From a virus, in the IMG/VR virus record IMGVR_UViG_3300018915_000004, positions 1 through 57,091 of that record: 57,091 nucleotides of DNA, one strand, 5' to 3'. The position numbers were made by a program, and so were the translations under genes. The notes under the pieces were generated by a model. It was not told the DNA's origin, made no database searches, and was given only the letters and a program-made list of their open reading frames with translations. This document shows positions 25,147-32,881 of this stretch, piece after piece; position 1 is the stretch's first letter, and the number at the start of each line of letters is the position of its first letter.

Positions 25147-25603
25147 AACGCTTGTTAAGTGCATCCCTGACAAATAAATGATCATTCCAATCACGCATTA
25201 AAAAGCCTATTTCTTGAAGTAATTCGGCTTGTCGTGTCATGAGTGGCAATTTATCAGGCTTTACTTTTTTCCTCACTGGGTACGGAATACCAGCTTTTTC
25301 AGCCGCGCTTATTGCGGCTATTTCCTCAGCCAGATCCGCCCAGTATCGCGGGTATCGTTCCAAACAGATGCTCTGATACTCTTTCAACTCTTCAAAAGCA
25401 ATCTCTCGATACCTCATCAGGGCGTGATCAGACGCGCCCAAGCCCAAAAGCTTAAAACGGCTTTTTAGAAAGTTAATAGTTACCCATCTTGGATAGGGTA
25501 AGTTCTTTAGTTCGTTATCCGCCGCGATCGCGCCTTGAGCCGCCTTGAGAGCGTCGTCAATCGAGAGGCGCGTCACGGTTGCTTCATACAGCGCGATTGT
25601 CAT
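25130..25603 (-). CDS. hypothetical protein
   Basis: 157-aa ATG ORF. Confidence 0.6.
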   Translation of the reverse strand: MTIALYEATVTRLSIDDALKAAQGAIAADNELKNLPYPRWVTINFLKSRFKLLGLGASDHALMRYREIAFEELKEYQSICLERYPRYWADLAEEIAAISAAEKAGIPYPVRKKVKPDKLPLMTRQAELLQEIGFLMRDWNDHLFVRDALNKRYEQPS

Positions 25604-25694
25604 TTCTTGAGTCTCCTGCTAAAAACTGCTTGCGATCCAAGCGATCGCTTCCCTTTAACGTCTACAGCTTCTTTACCCACCACTCGCGCGGCTT

Positions 25695-25704
25695 GTGCTA
25701 TACC
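25695..25704 (+). promoter_or_regulatory. -10 decamer variant GTGCTATACC on the strand opposite to the flanking genes
   Basis: TGnTATACC extended -10, an 8/10 match to the phage decamer. Confidence 0.4.
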
Positions 25705-25740
25705 TGCAAACTAGGATTTTTTTGTATTGACTTCGGATGA

Positions 25741-25778
25741 GGGATCGGATCTCACTTCGGTTGCCGTTGTCCGATCCC
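25741..25778. other. 9-bp perfect hairpin (GGGATCGGA family)
   Basis: GGGATCGGA, a 20-nt loop, then TCCGATCCC. Confidence 0.7.
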
Positions 25779-25815
25779 CTTGTAGTTTTCATAATGCACC
25801 GCAAGTTACTAAAAA

Positions 25816-25861
25816 GCAACCCTAAGTAACTGCATAGTTACCTATGGTTACTTAGGGTTGC
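25816..25861. other. 46-nt near-perfect palindrome
   Basis: GCAACCCTAAGTAAC-TG-CATAG-TTAC-CTATG-GTTACTTAGGGTTGC: a 15-bp stem plus a 5-bp stem. Confidence 0.85.
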
Positions 25862-25953
25862 ATTGGAATGTTTCAGTACTTGGTTAAATAGCGGCGATTA
25901 ACGGTATAATGCCAAGCCGCTACAATTAAGAAAGTAAATGCACCTATTTAGTT

Positions 25954-25980
25954 GCGCCGCTTAAGCAACGGCGCTTTCCT
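25954..25980 (+). terminator. hairpin plus T-rich tail
   Basis: GCGCCG-cttaagcaa-CGGCGC followed by TTTCCTT. Confidence 0.45.
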
Positions 25981-25985
25981 TATAC

Positions 25986-26011
25986 AAGATAGCTCAAATT
26001 TGAGACATCTT
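25986..26011. promoter_or_regulatory. 26-bp quasi-palindrome copy 16
   Basis: AAGATAGCTCAAATTTGAGACATCTT. Overlaps stop 25994-25996. On the - strand it is followed 1 nt later by TATAAG. Confidence 0.9.
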
Positions 26012-26311
26012 AGAATCAGGAGGCAAAGCGATCCAATCACGCGCCGCGATCGCCGCCGCCTCCTCATTTAGATAGATCACACGCCGCTGCTTGTTTTCCC
26101 CATACCTGTAAACTTGCCGCCCAGTTGCAGGGACAAAAAAATCAATCTTGCCCTCAATACCGTCCACAGTAAGTGAGGCTTGCACAAATAGCGCTCCCAG
26201 TACAAAAGTGCTGTTAATGTCTTGGACTAAAGCGAACTTGCCCAAAAGGTCTAAAAACTGGTCTAAGGCTTGCTGCTGTTTGTTACTGCTCATCAGGTTA
26301 GAATTAATCAA
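25994..26311 (-). CDS. hypothetical protein
   Basis: 105-aa ATG ORF. Confidence 0.6.
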   Translation of the reverse strand: MINSNLMSSNKQQQALDQFLDLLGKFALVQDINSTFVLGALFVQASLTVDGIEGKIDFFVPATGRQVYRYGENKQRRVIYLNEEAAAIAARDWIALPPDSKMSQI

Positions 26312-26402
26312 GATCAGTTGAAAAGCTGTCTGTTAAGCGCCGCTTTGACCCCTGAGAGAGAGATAGGCGGCGCTTCTCAATAGATACCTCAGTCAAAAGC
26401 CT

Positions 26403-26519
26403 ATGTTGCTAGACACGTTGATACTTACGGCGATCATGCTTACGATCGCCCTATCCCTTGCCGTTGGTGTTCTTGCTTTCTTTTTAGTTGTCATCATGGG
26501 GTTTAACCCCAAGGACTAG
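26403..26519 (+). CDS. possible 38-aa hydrophobic peptide, opposite in orientation to its neighbours
   Basis: Hand-translated as MLLDTLILTAIMLTIALSLAVGVLAFFLVVIMGFNPKD, a single predicted TM helix. Below the ORF track cutoff. Confidence 0.3.
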   Translation: MLLDTLILTAIMLTIALSLAVGVLAFFLVVIMGFNPKD

Positions 26520-26520
26520 A

Positions 26521-27168
26521 CTAAAAGCCTACGTCAATATCAGCTATTGAGATATTGCCCAAGCCATTAAAGCGGCTCCGCCCGTCAAGTGTCACCGCTT
26601 CACCTGTCTCTACAGTCCTAAGCTCAATAATGCCGCCTACCCCATGACTGAGCGCTGGCAGCGTAGAGGGTGCGATCGCTTGAGCCTCTTTGCCTCCTTT
26701 CTGCTGACACTGAATCGAGCGATACATTTTACAATGATCCAGAAACTCAGAGCGTTTCCATTCTAGGTTTGGTAAAAATGACATTTCTGCCAGTGTTCCC
26801 GTCCTGGATAATGCATGAGCGTGAACAGGAGCAAGCGAGGCTATGTAAGCCCTCCTCCGTTCTGTGTCCACCTTGTCCGTGGACTTTGCGATTTGTATCA
26901 ATACTTTGATTTGGTGCCAAACCTCGCTATCCTCATATTCCTCAAACAAGGCGCGATCGCCCTTGACTAGATTGACGAACTCGTCAGTGGGCGGAAGGAA
27001 AGAGGAACGCCGAATCGTCAATTCAAAAGCCTTGTCAAACTCCTCGTCAGTAAGCGCCTGATTGCAAACCAGAAACCACACATCCTTGATCTCTTCACTC
27101 AATGGCTTCTGAAAGTATGCCAGCAGCGCCGTAAGCTTCTTCGTAAAGTTATGCACGTTGTTGATCAT
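26521..27168 (-). CDS. hypothetical protein
   Basis: 215-aa ATG ORF in the replication-region operon. Confidence 0.6.
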   Translation of the reverse strand: MINNVHNFTKKLTALLAYFQKPLSEEIKDVWFLVCNQALTDEEFDKAFELTIRRSSFLPPTDEFVNLVKGDRALFEEYEDSEVWHQIKVLIQIAKSTDKVDTERRRAYIASLAPVHAHALSRTGTLAEMSFLPNLEWKRSEFLDHCKMYRSIQCQQKGGKEAQAIAPSTLPALSHGVGGIIELRTVETGEAVTLDGRSRFNGLGNISIADIDVGF

Positions 27169-27419
27169 GGGTTCTCCCTCTCGGTTGCTACACTGACATC
27201 AAGATTCCCTGTATTGCCAATCTCCTGAGATTGTTTGTAGTGCTGTCTCACAGCGACGCTAACAATCCCGCTCATTGCTCTATCCCAATCATAGCGATCG
27301 CACCCAATCAGGGCGCAAGCTTCCAGGGCGGTAAATTTACCCTCGAAATATCCGTTAATTGCAGGTAGCCAATCAGATTCTATCAATTGCTCTGTTCTGA
27401 AACTTAGTGTAACTTTCAT
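27165..27419 (-). CDS. hypothetical protein
   Basis: 84 aa from ATG 27419 (MKVTLSF..), preceded by AGGAGG. The track start at 27521 reads through motif copy 17. Confidence 0.6.
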   Translation of the reverse strand: MKVTLSFRTEQLIESDWLPAINGYFEGKFTALEACALIGCDRYDWDRAMSGIVSVAVRQHYKQSQEIGNTGNLDVSVATERENP

Positions 27420-27443
27420 TTGCCTCCTGTTAGTCCTGGGTGT

Positions 27444-27453
27444 AGTGTAACAC
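27444..27453 (-). promoter_or_regulatory. -10 decamer variant GTGTTACACT
   Basis: 9/10 match, 9 nt downstream of motif copy 17 and 24 nt (including AGGAGG) upstream of ATG 27419. Confidence 0.7.
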
Positions 27454-27462
27454 TCGTAAATT

Positions 27463-27488
27463 AAGATCGCCCAAATTTGAGCTATCTT
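27463..27488. promoter_or_regulatory. 26-bp quasi-palindrome copy 17
   Basis: AAGATCGCCCAAATTTGAGCTATCTT. Overlaps stop 27487-27489. Confidence 0.9.
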
Positions 27489-28350
27489 ACCCAAACCCGA
27501 TAGCCTTGCTCTTGTCCTCAAGCGCCGCGATCGCCCTCTCCCAGTCTGTAAGGACTAAAGAAGTAACCATCATGTTTGCAATCTGGCTTGAATGAATCGG
27601 CGGCGCAAACAGATCGAGGCAATCGAGCATTGCAACACAAACAAGCTTACTAAAGCTCTCCCGCGCCGTTGATGTCGGCAACCACGAGATCGCCTCGCCT
27701 AGTATCTTATGGCGCAATACTGAAAAGTTAAACTGTGTCAGACTTTCATAGCTATCTAAGACCAGATCCGGATCTGATTCAACAAACTCCTTAACCATCG
27801 GATGATTTATGAATTGGTCAAAGCTTTGTTGCGGATCGGTTGCCGCCGCAATTTGATCCGGCAATGATTTGAGAATTTCTACAACGTCCCAGCGATCGCG
27901 GCAATGCTTGATCATTTCATCCAAATCAAACTTACCTTTAAATTGGTATCTCTGGGCGATCGCAAAATTGACAACCTCGCAAGTTTTGCGCGGGTTTTTG
28001 GGGATATCTTTCTCAAAGCTGAATACCTCCCAAAAGCGACGATTAAACAGCTTAAGACGTTGCTGAGTTGCCTTAGGTTGTAGCTTCTCTAACGCTTGTT
28101 TCCCTTCCTTGGATAGGGAGCGGCGATCGCAATACTTAGTTTCAGTAGTGACGCGGTAATGTTTCCAGCAAGGGCGCAAAATCTCACCCTTAGCCAAAAA
28201 TACAGCCTCAGAACACAATGAGCAGACTAAACCCAGGCGCTTGTTGTCGCTGTGGTTGCAATCGGCGGCGTAGTAAAGTTTACCTCCCTGGTAGATGCTT
28301 GATGCCCAGTCTCGATCTAACGTCTCTTTCCCTGTGATTGGATGTTTCAT
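27487..28350 (-). CDS. hypothetical Cys-rich protein
   Basis: 287-aa ATG ORF preceded by GGAGG. The N-terminus carries CNH..C..C...C..H. Confidence 0.65.
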   Translation of the reverse strand: MKHPITGKETLDRDWASSIYQGGKLYYAADCNHSDNKRLGLVCSLCSEAVFLAKGEILRPCWKHYRVTTETKYCDRRSLSKEGKQALEKLQPKATQQRLKLFNRRFWEVFSFEKDIPKNPRKTCEVVNFAIAQRYQFKGKFDLDEMIKHCRDRWDVVEILKSLPDQIAAATDPQQSFDQFINHPMVKEFVESDPDLVLDSYESLTQFNFSVLRHKILGEAISWLPTSTARESFSKLVCVAMLDCLDLFAPPIHSSQIANMMVTSLVLTDWERAIAALEDKSKAIGFG

Positions 28351-28391
28351 TGTTTTACCTCCGTTGGTATGATACCACGCAACAATCAGAC

Positions 28392-28417
28392 AAGATAGCT
28401 CAAATTTGGGAGATCAT
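28392..28417. promoter_or_regulatory. 26-bp quasi-palindrome copy 18 (in a divergent promoter region)
   Basis: AAGATAGCTCAAATTTGGGAGATCAT, between the divergent genes 27487..28350 (-) and 28523..28810 (+). Confidence 0.85.
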
Positions 28418-28445
28418 AGACAACTTGCCCAATTCCTGAGAAGCC

Positions 28446-28455
28446 GTGTTATACT
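28446..28455 (+). promoter_or_regulatory. extended -10 decamer GTGTTATACT
   Basis: Exact decamer, 28 nt after motif copy 18 and 67 nt upstream of ATG 28523. Confidence 0.7.
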
Positions 28456-28522
28456 AATCTCAAGCGCGACAGCCGCGCCCAATGATTTGACCTAAGCATT
28501 TATTCTCAATAAGCGAGAATTA

Positions 28523-28810
28523 ATGAGAATGGCAAAACTCAAGGATTTTATGAAACCTCGCAATCAAGCAAGATACAAAGCAATTTTGAAGCTGGCAGCG
28601 CGGCAAGAGGGCGTTACTAGGCACGAAGCGATCGCCGCCTTAGGATCGCCTAACTCAACCGTTGATGCAATGCTTAAACGGCTGTTGGATGAGGACAGGG
28701 CACTTACTTACACGTTTGAAGCGCGATCACTCTCAGCTTGGCGCGGCGTTTCCTGCCAGAAAGAAGTCAGGGTTTATAGACTTGCTAAGATAGGAGCGCC
28801 GCTGCCATGA
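28523..28810 (+). CDS. small winged-helix-like DNA-binding protein (tentative)
   Basis: 95 aa. ..QEGVTRHEAIAALGSPNSTVDAMLKRLL..VYRLAK has a helix-turn-helix plus wing pattern. Confidence 0.45.
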   Translation: MRMAKLKDFMKPRNQARYKAILKLAARQEGVTRHEAIAALGSPNSTVDAMLKRLLDEDRALTYTFEARSLSAWRGVSCQKEVRVYRLAKIGAPLP

Positions 28811-28853
28811 TTTAACAATCGTTTCAGCTTGCTGTTTTCATGTCATTGTTTTA

Positions 28854-28889
28854 GCCCTCAATCCCTACAAGATAGAGGGCGTTTTTTTT
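28854..28889 (+). terminator. rho-independent terminator
   Basis: GCCCTC, a 15-nt loop, GAGGGC, then G followed by T8. Confidence 0.7.
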
Positions 28890-30387
28890 ATGCAGGTTTA
28901 GAGCGCTGTTGTTGCCTCATCTCTTCAAGCTGTTTTTTGAAATCTTCAGGCATAGGCGATCGCTCAACTGTACCCTTAGCCTGATTATTGCCTGAATCAG
29001 GGCTAGGCGCTCCCTGGACAGGCGAGGCAGTGTTTTGTGAGCAATCCACCACGGAGGCACTAGAGGCGGCTTGCTGCTGCTGTAATTTGCGGAAGCGATC
29101 CGCGTCCGTTTGGGCGGCTATCTCGTGATCCACCTGTGAGCCGCCGCCTTTTTTGTTCGCCCTTGCGATCGCTGCTTGCTTGAACTTCTCAGGGTTGCTC
29201 ATAAACTCTTGCCATTCATCAACGCTTAGACACAGGGATTGCCATTTTGTTGGATCTTTCTCGTAACTCCTGATCGTGTCTGCTGCTTTTTTGGTTGCTT
29301 GCTCATCGTTCCAATAGCGCCAAGCAAAAAACTTAAGGAAGCCACGATCAAGATCGTTGCAATGTTGCCCAAGGATTCTACGGGTTTTAGTCCTGTAAAG
29401 GTAGATACGATCGCACATCACGCGATCCGCAAGTGCTTGCAATTCCTCTTGGGTATATGTTCCCAGGTTGTCACCATTGCCGTATGCCTCCTCTAACTCA
29501 TCTATCCTCTGTTGCCCTACCAGGAACCGAGGCGCTTTAGTATTGTTATCACGCGCTGCCTCGGAACCTTGATCTAATGAATCAATAAGGCTGTTACAGA
29601 CAGTGTAAGTATTGTTATCAAGATCGCCCAAATTTGGGACGGCTTGAGAATTGCGATCGCTTGCTTCCGGTTGCTCCAACTCCAAAACTTCTACTTCAAC
29701 GGATTGGCTTTGTGTGTGTGTGTCTGACTCCTGCGCGCGCGCGTTAGTCTCACTCAAATGATCTAATTTAATTTGATCTTTTTTTGTTTCTTCTATATAG
29801 ATGAACGTGCCATTTTGTGTACCTTCGATAGTGCCATTTTGTGTACCTTCGATAGTGCCATTTTGTGTACCTTCGATAGTGCCATTTTGTGTACCTTCGG
29901 ATTTTTCCGATAGTGCCAATTCTGGTACTATCGGATTTTGCGTTGTTTCAGCCATTACAGCCTCTAAAATCAACTTTCCAATAGTCTCAGGATTGGGTCT
30001 GTAAAATTTTGTTCGATTCCAGCTTTTTACTACACATTGTGCTGAAATGACATAATTCGATTTTTCTAAGTCAAGCAATAAGCGTTGCAGCGATCGCTTG
30101 CTTCCGAGCGCTGGGTAAATTTGCGCCCACTGTTCGTACGTTGCTGCTGTCCACCATTCGCCATCCTGAAAATAATGTGTTTTGCCATGCAATGCGTTGT
30201 ATTGGCACCAGTCTTCTATGACCTCTACAAACAGAGCTTGATTAATCCCTATCTTGTTTGCGACCTGCCAGATTAACTTTGTGTACTTGAGTCGATGCAA
30301 TGTCTTGTACGCCGCGATCGCTGATGCTGTTGAAATAGTGTCTTGCGATGCTGACGTATTACGTGTTATACTTTTTCTCAATTCCAT
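28888..30387 (-). CDS. replication initiator-like protein (N-terminal HTH) containing in-frame iteron repeats
   Basis: N-terminus ..IGINQALFVEVIEDWCQYN...DGEWWTAATYEQWAQIYPALGSKRSLQRLLLDLEKSNYV resembles DnaD/replisome-organiser type HTH domains. EGTQNGTI occurs four times. Confidence 0.5.
   Translation of the reverse strand: MELRKSITRNTSASQDTISTASAIAAYKTLHRLKYTKLIWQVANKIGINQALFVEVIEDWCQYNALHGKTHYFQDGEWWTAATYEQWAQIYPALGSKRSLQRLLLDLEKSNYVISAQCVVKSWNRTKFYRPNPETIGKLILEAVMAETTQNPIVPELALSEKSEGTQNGTIEGTQNGTIEGTQNGTIEGTQNGTFIYIEETKKDQIKLDHLSETNARAQESDTHTQSQSVEVEVLELEQPEASDRNSQAVPNLGDLDNNTYTVCNSLIDSLDQGSEAARDNNTKAPRFLVGQQRIDELEEAYGNGDNLGTYTQEELQALADRVMCDRIYLYRTKTRRILGQHCNDLDRGFLKFFAWRYWNDEQATKKAADTIRSYEKDPTKWQSLCLSVDEWQEFMSNPEKFKQAAIARANKKGGGSQVDHEIAAQTDADRFRKLQQQQAASSASVVDCSQNTASPVQGAPSPDSGNNQAKGTVERSPMPEDFKKQLEEMRQQQRSKPA
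29620..29645. promoter_or_regulatory. 26-bp quasi-palindrome copy 19 (inside rep coding sequence)
   Basis: AAGATCGCCCAAATTTGGGACGGCTT, encoding AVPNLGDLD. On the - strand TACACT lies 12 nt downstream. Confidence 0.75.
29807..29930. repeat. four 24-bp direct repeats plus a degenerate fifth copy: candidate iterons / origin
   Basis: GTGCCATTTTGTGTACCTTCGATA at 29807, 29831, 29855 and 29879 (last copy diverges at its end). Flanked by an AT-rich tract at 29757-29800, (TG)6 at 29711-29723 and (GC)5 at 29733-29743. Confidence 0.75.
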
Positions 30388-30581
30388 TGCTTTGATTGTC
30401 TGTGATCCGCCGTAGCGGTAGGACTCACGGCGGTTGTGTACAATGCCCTCTCCTCTGATTTGCTACTCTGGGAGAGGGCGCAACTTTTTGCGGGATGCTT
30501 ACCTACCAGCAGCCCTCAAAAAACTTTAGATTAATTACCTAGCGGAAATATACAGGGAATGTACGGATCAAGGGTGTGATA

Positions 30582-30770
30582 TTAATCACCCTGGTTTTTG
30601 AGTTTTCTCAGTAGCTCATCTACCGCAAGTTGTAGCAGCCCTTGATTGTTGACTCCTAGTTGCTGTTTTAACGCCTCAACTTCTGATACTTGTTCTGCTG
30701 GAACTCTCCAGCCAAGGGTAGGGCGCTTTTCGTTAAATCGGTTGTGCTTGGTGTCACTGTAACTGTTCAT
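30582..30770 (-). CDS. ribbon-helix-helix (CopG/Arc-like) protein
   Basis: 62 aa. A beta-strand segment TLGWRVP is followed by two helices, AEQVSEVEALKQQLG and NQGLLQLAVDELLRKL. First gene of the operon containing rep. Confidence 0.55.
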   Translation of the reverse strand: MNSYSDTKHNRFNEKRPTLGWRVPAEQVSEVEALKQQLGVNNQGLLQLAVDELLRKLKNQGD

Positions 30771-30771
30771 G

Positions 30772-30783
30772 GTCGCTAGCGAC
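30772..30783. promoter_or_regulatory. 12-bp perfect palindrome next to the RHH start codon
   Basis: GTCGCTAGCGAC, 1 nt upstream of ATG 30770 on the - strand. Confidence 0.6.
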
Positions 30784-30815
30784 TTTAAGATATAAACAAT
30801 CTTCTATAGGGTATC

Positions 30816-30838
30816 CTGTCAAGTGTTATACTGTCAAG
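30816..30838 (+). promoter_or_regulatory. rightward early promoter: GTGTTATACT bracketed by the direct repeat CTGTCAAG x2
   Basis: CTGTCAAG-TGTTATA-CTGTCAAG. The decamer is at 30823-30832. On the - strand each repeat reads TTGACA. ATG 30861 lies 28 nt downstream and is preceded by AAGAGG. Confidence 0.7.
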
Positions 30839-30860
30839 CAGTTATTAAGAGGCGATCGCA

Positions 30861-31289
30861 ATGGCAAAACCATCAGGGCATTTAGGATCAGTAGTCAGTA
30901 TGAGCGCCGGACATTTTGGATCGACTATTAACGGATTAAATCAGCCGATCTTCATTCCTTGCTCTGTGTGCCAGCAGGGAGGTAAGCAGGTAGAGGCTTA
31001 TTGGCTGAATGAGGAGACAGGGGCGCGGCTATGTGAGCAACACTCGCAAGGCTATCTGAAAGTCAAAAACCATCCTGTCACCAAGTTTTGTTGCAATTCT
31101 TGCCCTGATTCCTTGCCTGACTGGGTAAAAGAGGAGATGAGGATCGGTGAGTTAATTTACTTTGTTGTTGACACTGGCAACCGCGATCTAGTGGAAACGC
31201 TAGAGGGCGAGTTTGATCCGCCTGTCAGTCTGCCTGACTTGCTCGACTCTTACGGGTTTAATTCGGTACATATTATTGAGGAGGGCTAA
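30861..31289 (+). CDS. hypothetical Cys-rich protein
   Basis: 142-aa ATG ORF with CSVC...CEQH...CCNSC. Confidence 0.65.
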   Translation: MAKPSGHLGSVVSMSAGHFGSTINGLNQPIFIPCSVCQQGGKQVEAYWLNEETGARLCEQHSQGYLKVKNHPVTKFCCNSCPDSLPDWVKEEMRIGELIYFVVDTGNRDLVETLEGEFDPPVSLPDLLDSYGFNSVHIIEEG

Positions 31290-31291
31290 AA

Positions 31292-31792
31292 ATGCAACAG
31301 CAATTGCTACTACCCAGCGAGACAGACCGATCGCGCCGCGCCAAGGAATACTTGAGATCCAAGCTTGTGTATCCCTTTGAGATCTTGAGGATTGAGCGCC
31401 GCGCTGCAACAATCACGCATCCCATCTACAAAAGGGCGGTGATTAGCTTGGTAGGTGAGAAAGAGTATCACGAGCAACGCGAGGCAAGATCGCTCAAATT
31501 TGAGACATCATTGACGCTCAAGGAATTGCCGGATACTGAAGAGTTTAAGGATGCGATCGCCTATTTTTGGGCGTGTTGTGCAAATGAGATTGATCTCCCT
31601 GAAATGTTGACACTAGAGCAAGAGTTAAGGGAGATACGCGATCGCTTTCGTGTCTACTGGTCTTTGTATGAGTGCAACTGGCAACAATGCCTCTTGTTGT
31701 TGCAGGACTATCCCGACGAATTATGCTTAGAGAATATCAACCGAGCCAAGCAGGAGTTAAAGCGCCGTGATAGAGCTAAAACAATTGCCTGA
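31292..31792 (+). CDS. hypothetical protein
   Basis: 166-aa ATG ORF, 2 nt after the upstream stop. Confidence 0.65.
   Translation: MQQQLLLPSETDRSRRAKEYLRSKLVYPFEILRIERRAATITHPIYKRAVISLVGEKEYHEQREARSLKFETSLTLKELPDTEEFKDAIAYFWACCANEIDLPEMLTLEQELREIRDRFRVYWSLYECNWQQCLLLLQDYPDELCLENINRAKQELKRRDRAKTIA
31486..31511. promoter_or_regulatory. 26-bp quasi-palindrome copy 20 (inside coding sequence)
   Basis: AAGATCGCTCAAATTTGAGACATCAT, encoding ARSLKFETSL. On the - strand GTGATACT follows after ~14 nt, so an antisense promoter is possible. Confidence 0.75.
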
Positions 31793-32111
31793 GGACGATC
31801 CGATATTTCAAGAACGGATTGAGCGCTTATATCAGTTGGCGCGTGAGTGGATCACGTTGCCAGCAGGAGAAGCGCCGCAACAGCTTACAGAAGTTAAACG
31901 GCGCTTTGCCCTCTATTGGACTCATGAGGCGCGGCACAATATGAACCCGGATGACTGGAGAGCGTATCTTCAAGAGTGCCTAGAGATGCCTGGATATTTG
32001 ACCACAAGCAACGCGGAAGCAATGGAGGCGGCGATCGCTAATGATTTAGATAATCTTGCTTTGGTCGTTCCTTCAGGTTATTACCTCGATCTTCCACCTT
32101 GGCTCAAGTAG
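31767..32111 (+). CDS. hypothetical protein
   Basis: 114 aa with a GTG start overlapping the upstream gene end. Confidence 0.5.
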   Translation: MIELKQLPEDDPIFQERIERLYQLAREWITLPAGEAPQQLTEVKRRFALYWTHEARHNMNPDDWRAYLQECLEMPGYLTTSNAEAMEAAIANDLDNLALVVPSGYYLDLPPWLK

Positions 32112-32133
32112 CGATCGCCGCCGCGTGTTTTGA

Positions 32134-32160
32134 GGGTGCTATTTGCGCCCTGTTTTTTTT
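32134..32160 (+). terminator. rho-independent terminator
   Basis: GGGTGC-tattt-GCGCCC followed by TG and T8. Confidence 0.65.
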
Positions 32161-32477
32161 GTGGGCTGTTTGTCGGCTTCTGTTTTCTTAGCTTTCTTTG
32201 CTTCCGCTTGTTTCTGCTTTTTAAGGAACTCTGCCCACTGCTCAGTGATGCGCGTACATACCTTTATGCAGGTTAAACAATTGACGTTTTCGGGGTTGCT
32301 GTTTGCTTTTAACAGCATCGACTTAAAACCGCCCTTGTTCTCAACGCCGCAAGGGTATCCAGTAAAGTGAACTTTGTTGCCTGATTTCATTTGACTTCTC
32401 AATAAATTACCTATCTCTATCTTGAAAGCAACAAAAGTTGCTTTTAGCTTAATCAGGCTTGTTTGATAATCTTTCAT
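32139..32477 (-). CDS. hypothetical basic protein (start uncertain)
   Basis: Lys-rich C-terminus. The track start at 32573 overlaps the DUF4031-like gene by 125 nt. ATG 32477 or 32390 is more plausible. Confidence 0.4.
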   Translation of the reverse strand: MKDYQTSLIKLKATFVAFKIEIGNLLRSQMKSGNKVHFTGYPCGVENKGGFKSMLLKANSNPENVNCLTCIKVCTRITEQWAEFLKKQKQAEAKKAKKTEADKQPTKKTGRK

Positions 32478-32811
32478 CTGTTGTTGCCTCTCTTGCTGCT
32501 TTAAGGGTTGATCGGTGTTCTTTAAGGTGTTTGAGCATCCCATAGGTTGAAATCTCTTGAGCGCCGTTAGCAACAGCTAGCGATCGCTTAGTGGGTACTA
32601 GGTCATAATGTGGTAAGCTCCCTTTTGCCTGAAACCAAGATCGCTTTAATCCTATTCGCCAAGCTAGATCATGCAACTCTTCTAAGTTTGCAATTGTGAC
32701 TGGGTAGGCGTAGAGGTGACACCACTGATGATTATGCCTCTCGCCTACTTGCCGCGCCGCCTCATTCTTTTCTATTCCTGCTTGAAAGAGTGGATCAACG
32801 TAGATTGTCAT
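32449..32811 (-). CDS. DUF4031-like protein
   Basis: MTIYVDP...WCHLYA....ELHDLAWRIGLKRSWFQ...PHYDL....R..A...GA matches my recollection of the DUF4031 pattern. Confidence 0.55.
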   Translation of the reverse strand: MTIYVDPLFQAGIEKNEAARQVGERHNHQWCHLYAYPVTIANLEELHDLAWRIGLKRSWFQAKGSLPHYDLVPTKRSLAVANGAQEISTYGMLKHLKEHRSTLKAAREATTDERLSNKPD

Positions 32812-32881
32812 TGTTTAGCCTCTTAAAAGTATTGCCGCCGCCCAGTTAAGGACAGCGGCGCGGATTGCTGCGATCGCGTTT

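Larger units (their letters stand above)
25711..25980 (+). ncRNA. candidate structured non-coding RNA
   Basis: ORF-free. Lies between a -10-like element (25695) and a hairpin followed by TTTCCTT (25954-25980), and contains two long perfect hairpins. An internal TTGGTT-19-TATAAT (25880-25910) could give a shorter ~65-nt species. Confidence 0.3.

Noticed and set aside
29807-29930. Possible CRISPR array (four 24-bp direct repeats)
   Set aside because: The repeats are contiguous with no spacers, are translated in frame inside a long ORF, and no cas genes are present. An iteron-type origin fits better.
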